Notes under the pieces: generated by a model
What the model saw: the letters and a program-made list of their open reading frames with translations, nothing else
What the model was told of the DNA's origin: nothing
Database searches by the model: none
In this document: piece by piece, positions 34,115-47,700 of the stretch
Numbering within the stretch: position 1 is the stretch's first letter
Layout of the letters: every line of letters begins with the position of its first letter
Program-made: the position numbers and the translations under genes
Assembly: GCA_905178155.1 (NCBI GenBank)
Contig: CAJINV010000001.1
Span: forward strand, 8,504,394 to 8,568,393
Direction: 5' to 3'
DNA: 64,000 nucleotides
Origin: Amoebophrya sp. A120
Taxonomy: Eukaryota > Protista > Dinoflagellata

Positions 34115-36011
34115 GAAGTTCCAAATTAAGTATGAGCCGAAACGACTAGTGCGAAAAAGTCTGCGAGTTGCCAGCACTTGCGTCTGTTTACTGTAGTGCT
34201 CCCCGAAGATGTTGTTCGAGGAACGCGGAATTATTTGAAGAAGATCTAGTACACTAACATGCCAAGTAGAAACCGTTAGAAACGGAGAAGCACAGAGCGG
34301 ATCTATTTCGAAGAACTTCTTCTAGCAATTCTACTGCTGATGGATCCAACCCGCGTTCTTGACGACTGTCTGTCCTCTTGAAAGCACTACCACGAGGATC
34401 CTTGACACCACTCAACAGCGATCTCTGTGATTCTCCTGAAGACGTTCTTCTTGCCAATCTACGAAGGAGCCTACACCCTGACGTAAGTAGTACACTCCTG
34501 CATGTTGCTGGAAGATCTCACCTATTCTTTTTTCCTGACAAGGATCTCGTCTTGACCGCTCCAGGGATTACGCATATCGTGGCAAAACGACCGGATGCGA
34601 TAAGAAAGCAATGGTAATTCAAATTCATAAGAAAGTACCTTTTTCAGGAACATGTGGAACGGCTGTAGTGTGGCAGTCATGAATTGTTTTTTTTTTTGTA
34701 GAATTTGTTTACCGGGTGCATAAAATCGCATTGTTCTCATTTGTTTGCGAGAAGATCCTTTTTCTATAGTTGTGCGCAAGTAGCACCATCCATATACAGC
34801 TTTTTTGCTGCAAAGGTTTTCTCCGAGGACGTCACGAACACATACAACATTCATCATGTATGAGTAACATGTTTTGAAAGAAAAAACACCATAATTGTTT
34901 TGTCGGAAGTTTATTTTCTGAACACAGAAAAATCGTGTCCTGCTCCTGATCTGTCAATCTCTGTTGTAGCGAGAAGCGGCACAGAGACCACTGTGAAGCG
35001 GCGGCCGCGCAGTTGTGGCACTGAAAGGAGTATACAACCTCCCAGCTGCTTCTGAAGATTCATTTAGAAATGTGCAAAGGCACGGGCATCCACAGGTTTA
35101 TTCACTGTCTGCCTGATACCTTGCTCCACCTTCAACACTTATAATTTTCCGCGAAACACTATTAATTACCCAAAAGAAGTGGTTTTTCCATGGCGACGCA
35201 GAGGACGAGGCGATTTTCCCGAACACGTAAATTATAGTATATGAAAGCCCTCTGATGAATCTGAAAAATTGCTAGTTTGAGAAACGAAAAGTTCTCGTGC
35301 TTATGAAGAAACGGGGTGAAGTTTGTCGAAGATAAATCGGAGGTTTCATCATTACATGAACGCCTTCGAGCTGTACAATCTCTTTTGTTTTGACGAAAAT
35401 AAAAAGACAAATTTCAACCTTCTTCACTAACACAAACAGCTCATCCACTGATTGTTGATAGACCCTGTCTGCCGAACCGTAAGGACGTCGTCCGTTGGAT
35501 CTCTACAACACACCTCGCACTGGGACGAACGTACATAGAAAAGTACAAATAGAACATACATTTAATATCAATAGTCCTGACTAGGGGAAGTAGATTGATG
35601 GTCACCTGAATCCGAAAGACGAAGCGAGCTTGCATTTGCATTCTCATAGTTTTAGACTACTACGTTTGTGCCAAGAAGGTGATGCGATAACAACGCTTGA
35701 GATCTGTATTTCTGCAAAAATTCCGTGTGCACCAAAGCATGCGTTGTAAGAAATGCTACTACTTGTTTCGCACCTGTAGCCTAAAGTACTATTCGAGAAG
35801 TTGAAAATAGCCTAGTTTTGAAAGTTTTGGCCACGAAACGAAATTTGTGAATATTTATACCGCTAAGGAGCTCTTTGATTCTCTCTCTTCGCGTATAAGA
35901 TTGCCGGCAAAGCAGCTGAGGACCCACTGTGTATCGCGCCTCATAACGACAGCGACACTTCAAAATTATCTCCGGAGAAAGTAGAGCTTCGACGGTCTGT
36001 AAAAATCTATA

Positions 36012-39000
36012 ATGAAGATTTTTAACTTTCGATCGTGGGCGGCATCCGCGGTTTTTCTGTTTCTGTTCCAGGGGAGCTTTGAGGGGAAAAATGCAATCTC
36101 CCTGCAGGGTGGCCATGGGAAAGCGAACCAGACCGGCGCAGGAAACAAGGCAAGTGCGGGCAGCAGTTCCTCCGCCTCTGCAGCGAGTCCGAAGGCTGCA
36201 CCAGCGAAACGAAAAAGAGAAACCGCGAAAGCGAAAGCAGGGGCTGCTAGTAACAGCACAACCTCGACCTCGGGAGCAGCTTCGTCCGCGGCCGCAGGTT
36301 CGTCAAATAAGTCGCCTGGTGCAAAACCAGCCCGCAACAGTACTGCCACCGCGAAAAGTCGAGCTGGTCCAGCGAGGAAGACGTATCCTGAGGTGCCTTT
36401 AGCAAAAACCCGAGCTGCTAGTAGTGGGGCAGCCGACCCCGCAGTAGTATCAGCGAATCTGGTATCGGAACCTGCAAAAAAGCGTGTGAACATCACAGGT
36501 GCTAGTGGAACCGCGCCGGCCCTGCCTGCCATACCAAAAGCGCTTGTGGGAGCAGTATACGATGCAGCCTCCGCCGCGTATCCGAATGGTACAGCTGCAG
36601 CTTCGGCCCGACCGAGCGCGCTCCTTGCACGCAGTGGAGGCGCAGGATCTACTCCAACATCGTCGGGGGTTGCGGCAGGCACGGTGTCGGTAAGGGAAAT
36701 GCGAGACGCGACGGGAAAAACGATTGCAACCGTGGTTACGCCGCAGAATGCGACGTCGCCGGCCAGCGCCGCAACCGCAAAGCCCGCTACCTCGTTGCAG
36801 GTGCAGTTGCAACTGCAACCTGCGGCTGTGACAACAGGAGCCGCCTCCTCTGCATTGAACCTTGGTGCAACGAGCCGGACAGCCGCGGAGCCTGTGTTTA
36901 AAGAGGCTGCATCAAGCACCAGGGTGGTCGCAGCTCCGGCAGGTAGTACCTCTCCCGGGGGGCCGCGTGGCGGAGCTATCGCTGGAGTAGCAAGTGCAGC
37001 TCGGGTTGTTGTTTCCGCGGTACCGGCTTCTGCCGGGCTAGCGGTCGAGAGTCTCCCCGCACGAGGTACTCTCTTGGCGGAGGTCGGCAGTCTCCCCGCT
37101 AATCTTGGCGGAGGAGCGGCAAGTGCAGGCTGCGCGGTGCACGGTTTGTCTTCAAGCGTAGGAACACCGGTTGTAGTCAATGGACCAGGTCGCGGCGGCC
37201 ACGGCGCTTCTCCGGCAACAGGAACCGCGACAGCACCCGGAGTAGAATACGGAGGTGCTAGTGGAGCTGTGAGTGTGACTAGACCTCCAGGCCGGCAACT
37301 AAAGTTGACGCACACGGATCAGGGGCAGGGGGCGACGGCCAGCACGGCGTTCGGCGAGGAGTACACGCAGGGCGTGGGCGCAACCGCCGCGGGAACCTGG
37401 GCGGAGGGGTTTGGCTGTGGGAGTCCGGGGGCCACGGACGGCGACGTCGCAGCAGGAGGACTAGCTCCCAACTACGAGCAGGGGGCAGCTTCAAACTCAG
37501 CGGGGGGAGAACTCCTGCTGCAGCACGCCGCACTAGACGCTGGTGAAGAGGAGGAGCGCGACGAAGCCTGCAGGCCGCAACCACGAGATGAAGCCGCAAC
37601 TGTACTAACACCTGTAGCAACTACAACGCATCACCTCCGACAGCGCTTCCGGGTGTGGCGGGGCGCGACGCACGTTCACTTGGCCTCGCGAGCGAAGGAT
37701 CGTGAAAATAATCGCAAGAACAACGAGGTCAAAACGCGGAATGCGCAGGCGACCAAGTTTCTGATCAAAGGGAGCAGGAACGCGTTGCTCTGTCCGCTGC
37801 ACTACCGACGCAAAAAATTCTTGCAGAAGCTGCGAGAAAAGAGCGTCTTCCTACGGCAGGACGGCCTGGACGATGGCCTGCCCTCGCTCGCCGAGCTTCC
37901 CACGCAGCTGTCTTTGTTCACCTCGTGCAACGAGGAGCAGAGGAAGAATGTGCACTGTTTCGACGGCCGCTACACGTACGGCGTGGCCATCGACAGCGGG
38001 AACTTTGGGCAGGTGTTTAGCGCCTTTGACAACCACCGTAAACAGAAGGTCGCCATCAAGCAAGAGCGCCTTTGCGTGCCGCCGCACCGCCAGCAGCTGG
38101 AGGCGGAAAAGCGAGTGTACCAAGAACTGCACAAACCAGCCTCCCCTTTCGGCACGGAGGATCCACTCGCGGACCCCAGCAGCACCTCGCCGAGATTCGC
38201 AGTTGATAGTTCATCATCAGGAGAGTCTCGGCAGTATTCGAAGGAAAGTGCGGCATGCGCCTCAGGCTGCGCGTCGTCAGGAAGTGGAACCACCACTTTG
38301 CCCCCCAATAAGCGCAGCAGGGGCTCCTGCGGTCCGCCGTCTGCCTCGCTCTGCATGCACGCCGAACTCGGGTCAATTCCAGCTTCGTGGAAGACGCACA
38401 AAATCACCGACCAAACAGCCGCTACATTCTGTAGTCCTCTGGAAGCCTTGGACGCGACCGCCAGTGAGGTTCTGGCGCAGCGAAAACTGCTTTTGGAAGC
38501 GAAGAGATCGCAGGGAGAGATCGAGGCGGCGATCCAAACTGCTGCAGCGGCCTCTCAGACGGAGGTGAGGCGGGAAAAAGTGGAACTGAAGCCAGGCGGG
38601 AGCGCCGATAAAGTCGCGTCACAACCTCCAGGCAAGACTCGCTCGTCAGAAATAGTTTCTGCGCCTCAAGAAAAGGGTGACCAGGTGGCTCTGGACAGGC
38701 CGCCAGAAAGTGCGATTACCGTCCAAACCCGTCCGTGTAGGAGTTTCTCGACTCAGCAAGATGTTGTAGCAGGAGCGCCGCCGGTTGAGCACGCGTTTAA
38801 GGAGGATGTTTTTTGTATCCTGGACTCCGAAGACGAGGCCGAAAAGTCGCACGAGCTAACTTTTTCGCCTGTCGACGAGTGCGCCGACTATCGAAAAGTC
38901 ACGCTGAACAACCGCACTGCGGCGAATAGTACCTCGACGGTAATGCAAAGAACCCGTTTCCACCAGATTCTCAAAACCGGTATTGGTATGCTGCAATTCA

Positions 39001-42000
39001 TCGGCAACCGAGCAGGCTGCTTTATGGGACGGAAAGCAAATCGCGGCCCGAAACCCCCACCGCTGTACCAGCGCGACGGATCGGGTGCCGCGCACCAAGG
39101 CATCTTGCCGTGCGAGCAATTCGGGGTCGAGCACCCGAACGATCGGGAGAACGGCTTTCGTGCGTTGGTCCTGCAGAGCGGTGGACTCAGCATGGAGAAA
39201 CTGCTGCACGCTCCCTGCGAGAAGTCGCACCGCAACTGGGACGCGGCCACAACGGCAAAGATCGGCTTGGAGCTGGTGGATCGCCTGGAATACATGCACT
39301 CCAAGGGCTTCATCCATCGCGATGTGAAGCCGGAGAACTTCTTGGTGGACGAAAAGCGTGCCTTTCTGTGGCAGAGGGCCTACCAGTTGCAATCCGAGAG
39401 GCTGTACGAAGACTTTCGTCTAAAGGAGGCGGCCATCCACGCGACCTACCGGGGTAGCCCAATGGTCGCTCGTCGCGGAGATCGCCACGCACGTCATCAT
39501 GACCCCCCTGGCGAGATGAGAGCGCAGGCAGGAAAACCGCCTATACTTCGCGTTCGACGTAGAACGAAAAGCAGAAGAGCAGTATCGAGCGGCGCGACGA
39601 CCGTGGTTCAGGATAGATCTGCTCCCGGTCTTGATGAGACACCGGTCTGTGCGCCGCCGCGCAAGCAGGCCAGCGTTCGGCGATTTCTGAAAGGGCGATC
39701 TCTTTCCGCATCGTCCGCGGCGTACCGACGGCGCCTCGATCAAGCCCTGCGAGAACTGGAGGACCTGCTGAAGCACGAGACCAACGCGCTCCACTTCTGC
39801 TGTCCGGCCATTATTTCCGCGGTTGATTTCGGACTGTCCAAGACGTTTTTCTGCCGTGCTGACAAGGCCCCACAAGCAGGAGGAGGTGCAGTAGCTGCTG
39901 CCAGTGGTACGTTTGCGACAAGCGGCACTGTGAGTACCGAAGGGCCCCCTACTTGCGCCTCGGGTGTAGTGAATTCTACGGAGGCACCAGGAGGACGAGG
40001 AGGCCCAGAAGAAGAAGCTGCGCATCCTGGACAAGAGCCGACCAAGGGACAAGGTGACGACCAATTACGACTACGACCCGCTGGCTTTGAGACCAGGAAG
40101 CGCATCGGCCTGCGCTCCGCGGACCACCCGGCGGAACAGGTACTAGATGTGGGCTCGGGGGAGGAAGTAGAAACGGAGCAGCGCCTCCCGTTGCACGCGA
40201 ACGATCTGCAGGTCGAGATATTAGACCTGGAAGACGGGGTAGAGGACGACAAAGAGGACAAGAAAAATAATAAGTGCGACACCTGTTATTCCACAACTGT
40301 GCCGGCAACGACTGCAGGCTGGGCACGCATGGACACGAGTACGCCAAATAGCCCTGGATGCAGTGCCGATTGCTTCGGCGGCGGCCGGGGGCCGGGCCTG
40401 AGTAGTCCGGCCCCGGCGTCGCTTCCCGGGCTGGACGAAGAGCAGCCGCCGACCGCGTTTCCGTGGAGCAGGCAGGTGGCTCAGGACAATGGTTTGAGCT
40501 TGTTGCCGTTAAGAAACACGACTTCGGCGGACCACAACGATACCATTAGCTTGACTAATAACACGACAAGTGCGGAGCGAGGAGGACACGGGCAGCAACA
40601 GCTCATGCATGCTGGCGGTCCCGACTCACCAAAAGCCGCTGGCTTAGGTGGTCTTTCTCGGCGCCAACCCCGTTTGCCTGATCTGCAAAAGGACTGCGTA
40701 GAAGTAGCGGCTCCCACCGGGCGGGGAGAGCGTTTTTGCACGCCAGCGGGAGGCAGTGGCGCACAGTTAATATCAGAGAAAATGGTACCGAAAGACCGGC
40801 AGAGTGTTCCTCGAGTGCTTAATGCACTACGCGTACGCACCGAAGAAGATGCTCCGGGTATAATTAACAAGGCCATACTGGACGGGGTGGATCCTTCTAA
40901 AGATTGCGCTCGAGCAGGAGACCACCTCCGACCGCAGTTCCATGCCCCAAAGCTGAAGCACATTCCGTACACTTCGGGCAACATGTTTGTCGGTACGCGT
41001 CGGTACGCGTCGCTTAACGCGATGAAGGGCGCGGAGCACAGCCGCCGGGACGACCTGGAGGCCATGGTGTACGTTTTGCTCCGGTTTCTGAAGGGCGGCC
41101 TGCCGTGGCTGCACCTGCCGAACCCGCCCAAGCCCACGGAGGACGAGCTCGCGCGCATGCGCGCGGAGATCCGCGAGAGCCTCGGGACAAGCGCGAGTCA
41201 GGAGGACTTGCAAAATGCGCTCGAGTGCAAGCTCCGAAAGCGCCGAGACTGGATCGCGGGGAACCAAATCCGCGACAGTAAAGACCGCCACACCGCGGAA
41301 CAGATCGTCGGAAATGTGCCCTACGCACAGAACTGGGTGCAGCTTCTATCGCACGCAGAAATCATTTTCCTCTCACACGACCCAAGGCAGTGAAGTTGTT
41401 GTCATGTTTGCGCATTGCTATTGCAGCACAAGATGAAAACATCATTTTTATGCTCGGAATTGTTCATCGGCCTGAAATAAATTCCGTCGCGCCTCAAGTT
41501 GGATGTGTTTCAGTACGTATTTTTTACCAGGGTTATGCTGATCAAGAAGTTAGTTGTGGAAACTCGCAACTTATGACACCAACGGGCTGTTTTAAGCAAA
41601 ACTATACTTCTAGTCAGTGAGCATTCCTTCGGTTTCAACACAAAGTCGCTCTTCAGAAGGTGGTGTGAGGGCGAGATTGCTGCTCTCCTATAGCGTCTAA
41701 GGTACACACGACAGCTGAAGTTCGACCAGAAGCCTGACTACGCGTGGATCCGCAAAATGCTGTTAGATATCTTTTACCGCGAAACAGCACCTCTGTGCCG
41801 GTTGCGAGCTGCGCAGGCACGGTGGGAGAGGAGTAGTGCAGGAGCAGTTGCGCCCGACGCAGCTGCAGCAGCGCGGGAGGTCGTCGCCCAGGCCGTAGAT
41901 AAGACTAAAGATGACATCAACAGGCTCTCGCCTCCGGTGTTGGATGGTAAGTTCCCGACACCACCTCCTCCTCCCGGCCCCATTCTACCGCTGACGAGAA

Positions 42001-43120
42001 GTACTTCGAACGAAAGCTCCTCCTCGTCACGCACGGCTTCCCTTTGTGGCTCTCCTGTATCCTCCGCTTCGTCCTCTGCTTCCGGGAACAATAAAACACC
42101 GGTGTCGTCGAGAATAGCGCCGCCCTTCACTTTTTCGTGGCAGAAGTACCACCCGGAGGCGGACGTATCCTGAGTAAAAACGTACCCACACCAGAGTCAG
42201 GATGAGGATTTTGCAACACAAACCTAGGAGTTTTGTGAGTCACGCATGACAAGTTGCGCTCTGCAGTGTAGTGCAGGTTAGCAAGTGCAGCCGCATCACA
42301 GATTCATCTGCTCATCCTGTTCACAGCATCACAAATTCCCAAACACGACTGGAAATGGCTTTCATGGGGATGCGCATTACGAGTCTTCCTGTCTTTGCAA
42401 ATCTGCATTACAACTCTGGTGTGGGTACGTTTTTACTCAGGATAGGACGGGAGCGATCCTTACTGGGAGGATTGCGACGCCCGGACGAAGCTGCAGCACC
42501 TCGCCTGCTACCAGAAATGGCTGGCGAACAGCCAGCGGGAGGCGGACCGGTTATCAAATGTAAAAATGTCTGGGTCTGGAAGAATGCAACTTGTGATGCT
42601 GCATATGGATTCCAAAAAAATCTGTATTGCATGAGTACCAAAGGGAATGTAATTTTTGCTACGCGGAGAGGGCATTTGTCATGCGGAATAGGCATCAAGA
42701 AGCTCTCAAAAAATCTGTGATGCTAGGGCATGCATCACAGACATCAGGGGTAATGCAAAACGCGCATGACAAGTGTCAGAATCTTCCAGACCCGGACATT
42801 TTTACATTTGATACCGGTGGTTGAAGCACAATTCTCTGTCCCGGTGTATCCTCCATATTGAGCAGGCCAAGGTAGCGGTATCAGCGGACACGAGCATCCA
42901 AAATAATTCCGGCGGTTCCTGCGCAGATGACGGCGGGCATAGAAGAGCGCAAGCGAGAGGAGGTAGTTCCGCCGTTGGCCAGTCGAGGCCGCATCAACCA
43001 CAGAGTTTTATAACTCCTGTTGGGCGGTCGGAAGACCCGCGCAACGAACTTGCAGTGCGGCAGGGGACAGCCACGAACTTGGACGAAATAGGGCTTCAAG
43101 TTGTCGGGAGGGCGACATAG
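36012..43120 (+). CDS. Casein kinase 1-like Ser/Thr kinase with large insertions; exons 36012-41350, 41702-42165, 42450-42551, 42819-43120
   Basis: [48 protein letters not shown] and LPW are present. A GC-AG intron 41351-41701 gives [16 protein letters not shown]. Two introners excise in frame. Confidence 0.85.
42166..42444. mobile_element. Introner family C, 279 bp, TSD GGACG
   Basis: 32-bp perfect TIR tatcctgagtaaaaacgtacccacaccagagt. GGACG at 42161-42165 and 42445-42449. Confidence 0.95.
42552..42813. mobile_element. Introner family A, 262 bp, TSD CCGGT
   Basis: TIR tatcaaatgtaaaaatgtctgggtctggaaga / tcttccagacccggacatttttacatttgata. CCGGT at 42547-42551 and 42814-42818. Excision gives EADR|WLKHNSL. 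Confidence 0.95.
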
Positions 43121-44791
43121 TAAGTAGCCCGTACGACGTCCTCAGTGTAGAGGAGCACGCAACTTGCGAAACAACAGAGATTGTCGCGGAATAGGTCGTG
43201 CAGGAACGAAGGAAACGTGGGGAGTCCGCAAGAACCACGGAGGTTGCGCGGATGGTGCTAATCGTATATTTCTGACGTAGTCATGTTTTCGAGCGAAGTT
43301 TTCCCATCTTTGAATGGGTCGAGGCTCTCGAATCAACAGTTTTTGGAACCGATGAAGTGACGATGTGCATCTGCCACTGTTTTGAAGGCTCTCGTCCCTC
43401 TTTCCTGTTTTGGAGTCCGTCAACTGAAGCTTCTACCTCATTATCATAACAAGCCATTTTACTTTTTTTTTTCTGGCGGCAAGAATTCTGAGCAGGCGCC
43501 TCGGTGGCCGTCGTATTTGACGTAAAAATCTTCTTTTTCTCTTTTTTTACAAATCAAGCGCTTGTTTAGGGCTTTCTCACATTTAAGTTCGATAGATTCT
43601 TCTACATCATCATCGTCTACTACCACTTCTTAAAAGACAATAATCATCAATCAATCGCTAGAAAACTTTACCACCTGTTCATCGCTGACGCCGATCGTGT
43701 GTATTCTGAGAACTTTCAGCCCGGCCGCACCACAAAAAAGGATAATTTCGTAAAAAAAAATGAACTGAACTCCACCGGGGTGAATTGTGGAGGAACCAGC
43801 TTTTATTTTCTTGTAAGATCTTCCTTCTGCGAGTGGTATCGCACTAATGAAAAAATTGGTGAGCAAATACTCACCGTGAATAGTTTATCAAAGAATACTG
43901 GTGTACAAGTCATTCTTTTTGAAATGAATCATCTGCAACTGCATTTCTCAAGAAGAAGTATAGCGAGGTGGGTTGTAAACATAAAGGGAAATGTGGTTGT
44001 CGTGTCTATTTTCCTGTTTAGAACGCACCCTATAAACGCTCGCAGGAGTATCGGACAGGATTTGCAAGCACTTGGTACAGCATCAGACCGGGAGAAAGAA
44101 TCCCGTCTGTTCGATCAGCGCGCGACCAAGGAGCACTACGTACGATGGACAAGCAAGACATCATTGATACGTAGGCTCTAGAACTGACCAGGAACATTGT
44201 ACATGTAAATTTGCGGGCGGCAACAATCTTTTTCTGAAGCAAGCATGAGCGGAGAGAAAAAGTAATTACTCGGCAATGAATGCCAAGGACGATGCGCACG
44301 TTGCTGGCAGCGAAGTCGATAGCTTTAGCATACCATAGTGCTCGAAACAGGAGCAGAATAGGTGAAGGGGTCTGAAGATCGCAAGCGGCGTACAAATACT
44401 TACTTTGACCCGTATAAACGAGGCGCTTCTTTCGAGTGTTATCTACATGAAAACCAAAAGCATGCAACCATACACAGCTAGTAGCGCAGTGAGGACCTGT
44501 AATTGCAATAGTTTATTCATCAACGATCCGGTGTTCTGTTCAAGCAGGTACCTAGCTTTCCCCAGCTTCGCTGTGAACCTTGAAGATCCTTTGGAGTCGA
44601 AGCACGGGACTTTTTGCACTCTGTATTGTTTGACTTTGTCGGCTTGAAACAGCGATTTATTCAGGATCTGCGATTTTTGTAAGAGGGCATCTCAGGTTGC
44701 GACGGCCTACTTTCTGTTTTTGTACTTCTCTCTCTGTCTGTGGCGTATCGCACCTGTGCCGATATGCAGCCCCGTTTTGCGCCTTGAGAAC

Positions 44792-47700
44792 ATGATCATG
44801 CCGGGGGAAGATATGCAGGCGAGTCACAACCACGGGCCTGCCGTGTGGAACGGTAGATGCAAAGTTTTGGTTGGCTTTCTTGCCCGTGGCTTCTTGCTGG
44901 GAAGCTTCTGCAAGTGCACATTTTCCACAACTTGTGTCAGCGCTTCGGCAGGCAATTTTCAGGACGATCTCGCCGCGCAGATGACTGCTGCTGCCAAACA
45001 GTTACGGGCCCGTGCGTACGAAGCAAACACCTGTGTGGTGCCCTCCCTGTCGAGTGTGCAGTCGTTGCTGCATTCCTTTCTGGAGCCAAACAGTCTGCCG
45101 CCCTCGCGGTCGGACATCTTTGCGCATTTGCTCGAACGGGGTTTGCCGAAGATGAAAACAGCAAAGCGAGCTGCTCTTGAATCTCCGCGTGACCCCACTA
45201 GTTTTCCCGCCGCTCTTTCGCCTCGTAATGCGCAAAGCCGCGGTAGTCAACCTGATCCTGCCTTTGACAGATCGCCGTCAGGCGACGAGGAGAGACTACA
45301 CCATCGTGCGAGACATGTCAGTCCTGAGGCAGGCGATGCGCGAGTGGAAGAAGGGACCGGAAGAAATGGCGACTGGCCGGAAAGAATGACCGCGGCGACG
45401 CAGACGGAACGAAGCATGCTTTCTGAGGGTGCCACTGCCAGTTTGTCTGCCTCCAGAAGTGCGGGGCGTGGTGTTGTACGAGAAGACCATTCTTCGGAAG
45501 TAGACCGCCAGACGACTGAGCGTGGAGACCTCCACAGAGGCGAGCCACAGAGTGGTACACGCGTAGTTGCAGAGCGTGGTCGCAAAGAGCGGTCGCGTGC
45601 CCCCTCCCCCAGCCTAGAACGCATTCTGGAAGTCAAGCGCAGACGCGTTTCCGAGAGTAACGTGCAGCGGTTTCTTCACGGGGATCCCAACAGCAAGGTT
45701 GCCGTGCTGAGCCCAGATGAGGCACCGAGAGAGGAAGAAAGGAAAAGTTGTGTCAAGCGCAAGCGCGGTTCTTCGCGTTGCCGGGTGAGGAGGCAGGCTT
45801 CTTCTCCAACCGCAGGCCGTCGTGGGACTGCAGATCATGCGCCAGCCCGTCGTCGCCCGTCAACTCAGCCTAGTGACGCTGTTGCGGCACCACGTCAAGC
45901 ACCTGCAACGCGCCCGCCATCGGAGCTGCTTTGGTCCACGAAACCTCCGCGAACCAAGATTTTCTTTCTGAAGAAGTTCCGCATTTTTTCGCAGGAAGTG
46001 TACCATTCCTCCCATCTGGACCTGCTCATGAGTGATTTCGATTCCGTTTTTGTGCAACGGGAGTACCGGCTCCCGGAACAGGACGAAGGTCGTTTCTCTG
46101 ACTTTACCGTTTTTCTTATTGTGAGGAATAATCCCCCCTCCCCATACCAAACCGGGACACTTCTGAAAATTTGTGATGCAGATTTGAGACCACATGGCAT
46201 TGCATGAAGGCAAGTCTACAGGCTCCGCCACATTCTACAGGCGGCTTGTCATGCTGTTGCTCCTACAGCGTAGACGTCTGCCATGCTAAGCGCCTAGGCC
46301 AAAACTTGTCTACTCAGGCCTGATATGGGCCTGCAGTCCTCGCCAGCAAGACAAATCTGATTTGTGACCTCAGATACAGCATCAACCTCCCCTAAGTGTG
46401 ATCATTTCCGCCTCCCCTAAGTGTGATCATTTCCGCCTCCCCTAAGTGTGATCATTTCCGCCTCACGCCGGCGGTCGACTGTCGGCTATCTGGCTCCCCC
46501 AGCTCATGATTGCGGCGTTGGCTGGTGATGACGAGGTTGCGGACAGTTGACTTGTCATCTGTCTGGTTCGCTCACTTTGCTGCCACGACTGTTTGGTCCC
46601 CGGCCCCCTGAGGCGGGGGGATACGGGTTACCTGGTCGGGATGTCGCGCGGAAGGTGTCTCTCACGTCCCTAGCTCTTCGTACTCGCCGCTGAGTACAGT
46701 CGTGCTCCTTGGTTGATCGCCACACTGTTTCATAGTGCTGAAACGACCCGGCTTTCACTAGGGGGAGCATTCGTACATTTTGTGCCCTCCGGGACTATGC
46801 CTCTGCTTCCGTCTAAACTGAGGGGTCCACTTATCCCTCTCGGTATTCGGTCGCAGGGAAGGGTTGCCGGGGTCTCCCTCGCATCGGTTCTCGATGTCGG
46901 GTGTGAGTTTGTGACTGCGGGGGCAGTGGTTGGCTTAGGTTTGTGGAGTACTTCTGAAAAGAGGCTCCCATTCCTTCTTCCAGGCAGTGATCCTAGATCG
47001 CTGCCACGCGGAGCCACCCCCGTATTTCACCCCCAGGGGGTTGTGGACCTGGCAAAACCGATGAGTTCGGGCTGCTGACTGTTCCACCTCCCCTAAGTGT
47101 GATCATTTCCGCCTCACGCCTCAAATACAGCATCACAAATTTCGTTTTCGATATGGGGAGGGGGGATTTTTCCTTTCGATATTTCTCTCCGTGCCTGCGC
47201 CGGCAGGAAGACCTTCTGCAGAGATGAAAGAAAAGGAATTGTGGCTGCGAGACGAGGCGGAGTGCAGGGCGTTCGTTCGGGGCGAAAACGTTTTGTCAAG
47301 AAGATCAAGTTCTTCATCCACCAGCTCTTCTTGCGAGGCGGAAGCAACCTCGTCTCACGAAGGCGATGAGAGTCCTTTTTGCAATGTTTCAACGCCGCAA
47401 TCTTCCTCCTACGCGACGTCTTCTACGGTCAGAACATTGGAGGACTTTCCGCAGGGCCGGGCTAGCACCAGCTCCTCGACGTCCTCCGCGGGTCTCTCCT
47501 CCCCTCCAGCGGTGAGAAGTCTGCCAAGCCTCTCTCTCGACCCCCCGAGACCAGGGGGCCGCTCGTGTTTTCTTCACGGAGAAGATCTTCATGTCGCCTC
47601 GATAGATCTGGAGCAAGGCTGCTTTCTCAGAAGTGGTAGCAGCTCAACTGCGAGTTCGCCCTCCGTGGCTTCCCCGCCGGCCTCCTCGACCACGGGAAAG

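Noticed and set aside
35966-37315. 449-aa minus-strand ORF, and similar antisense ORFs such as 6772-7668 and 1320-2105
   Set aside because: These are antisense shadows of GC-rich + strand coding sequence, with no independent motifs.
46386-46460. 25-bp repeats as a CRISPR array or telomere
   Set aside because: The copies are contiguous with no spacers, no cas genes are present and the context is eukaryotic. The unit contains ccctaa but is internal and part of a TSD-flanked insert.
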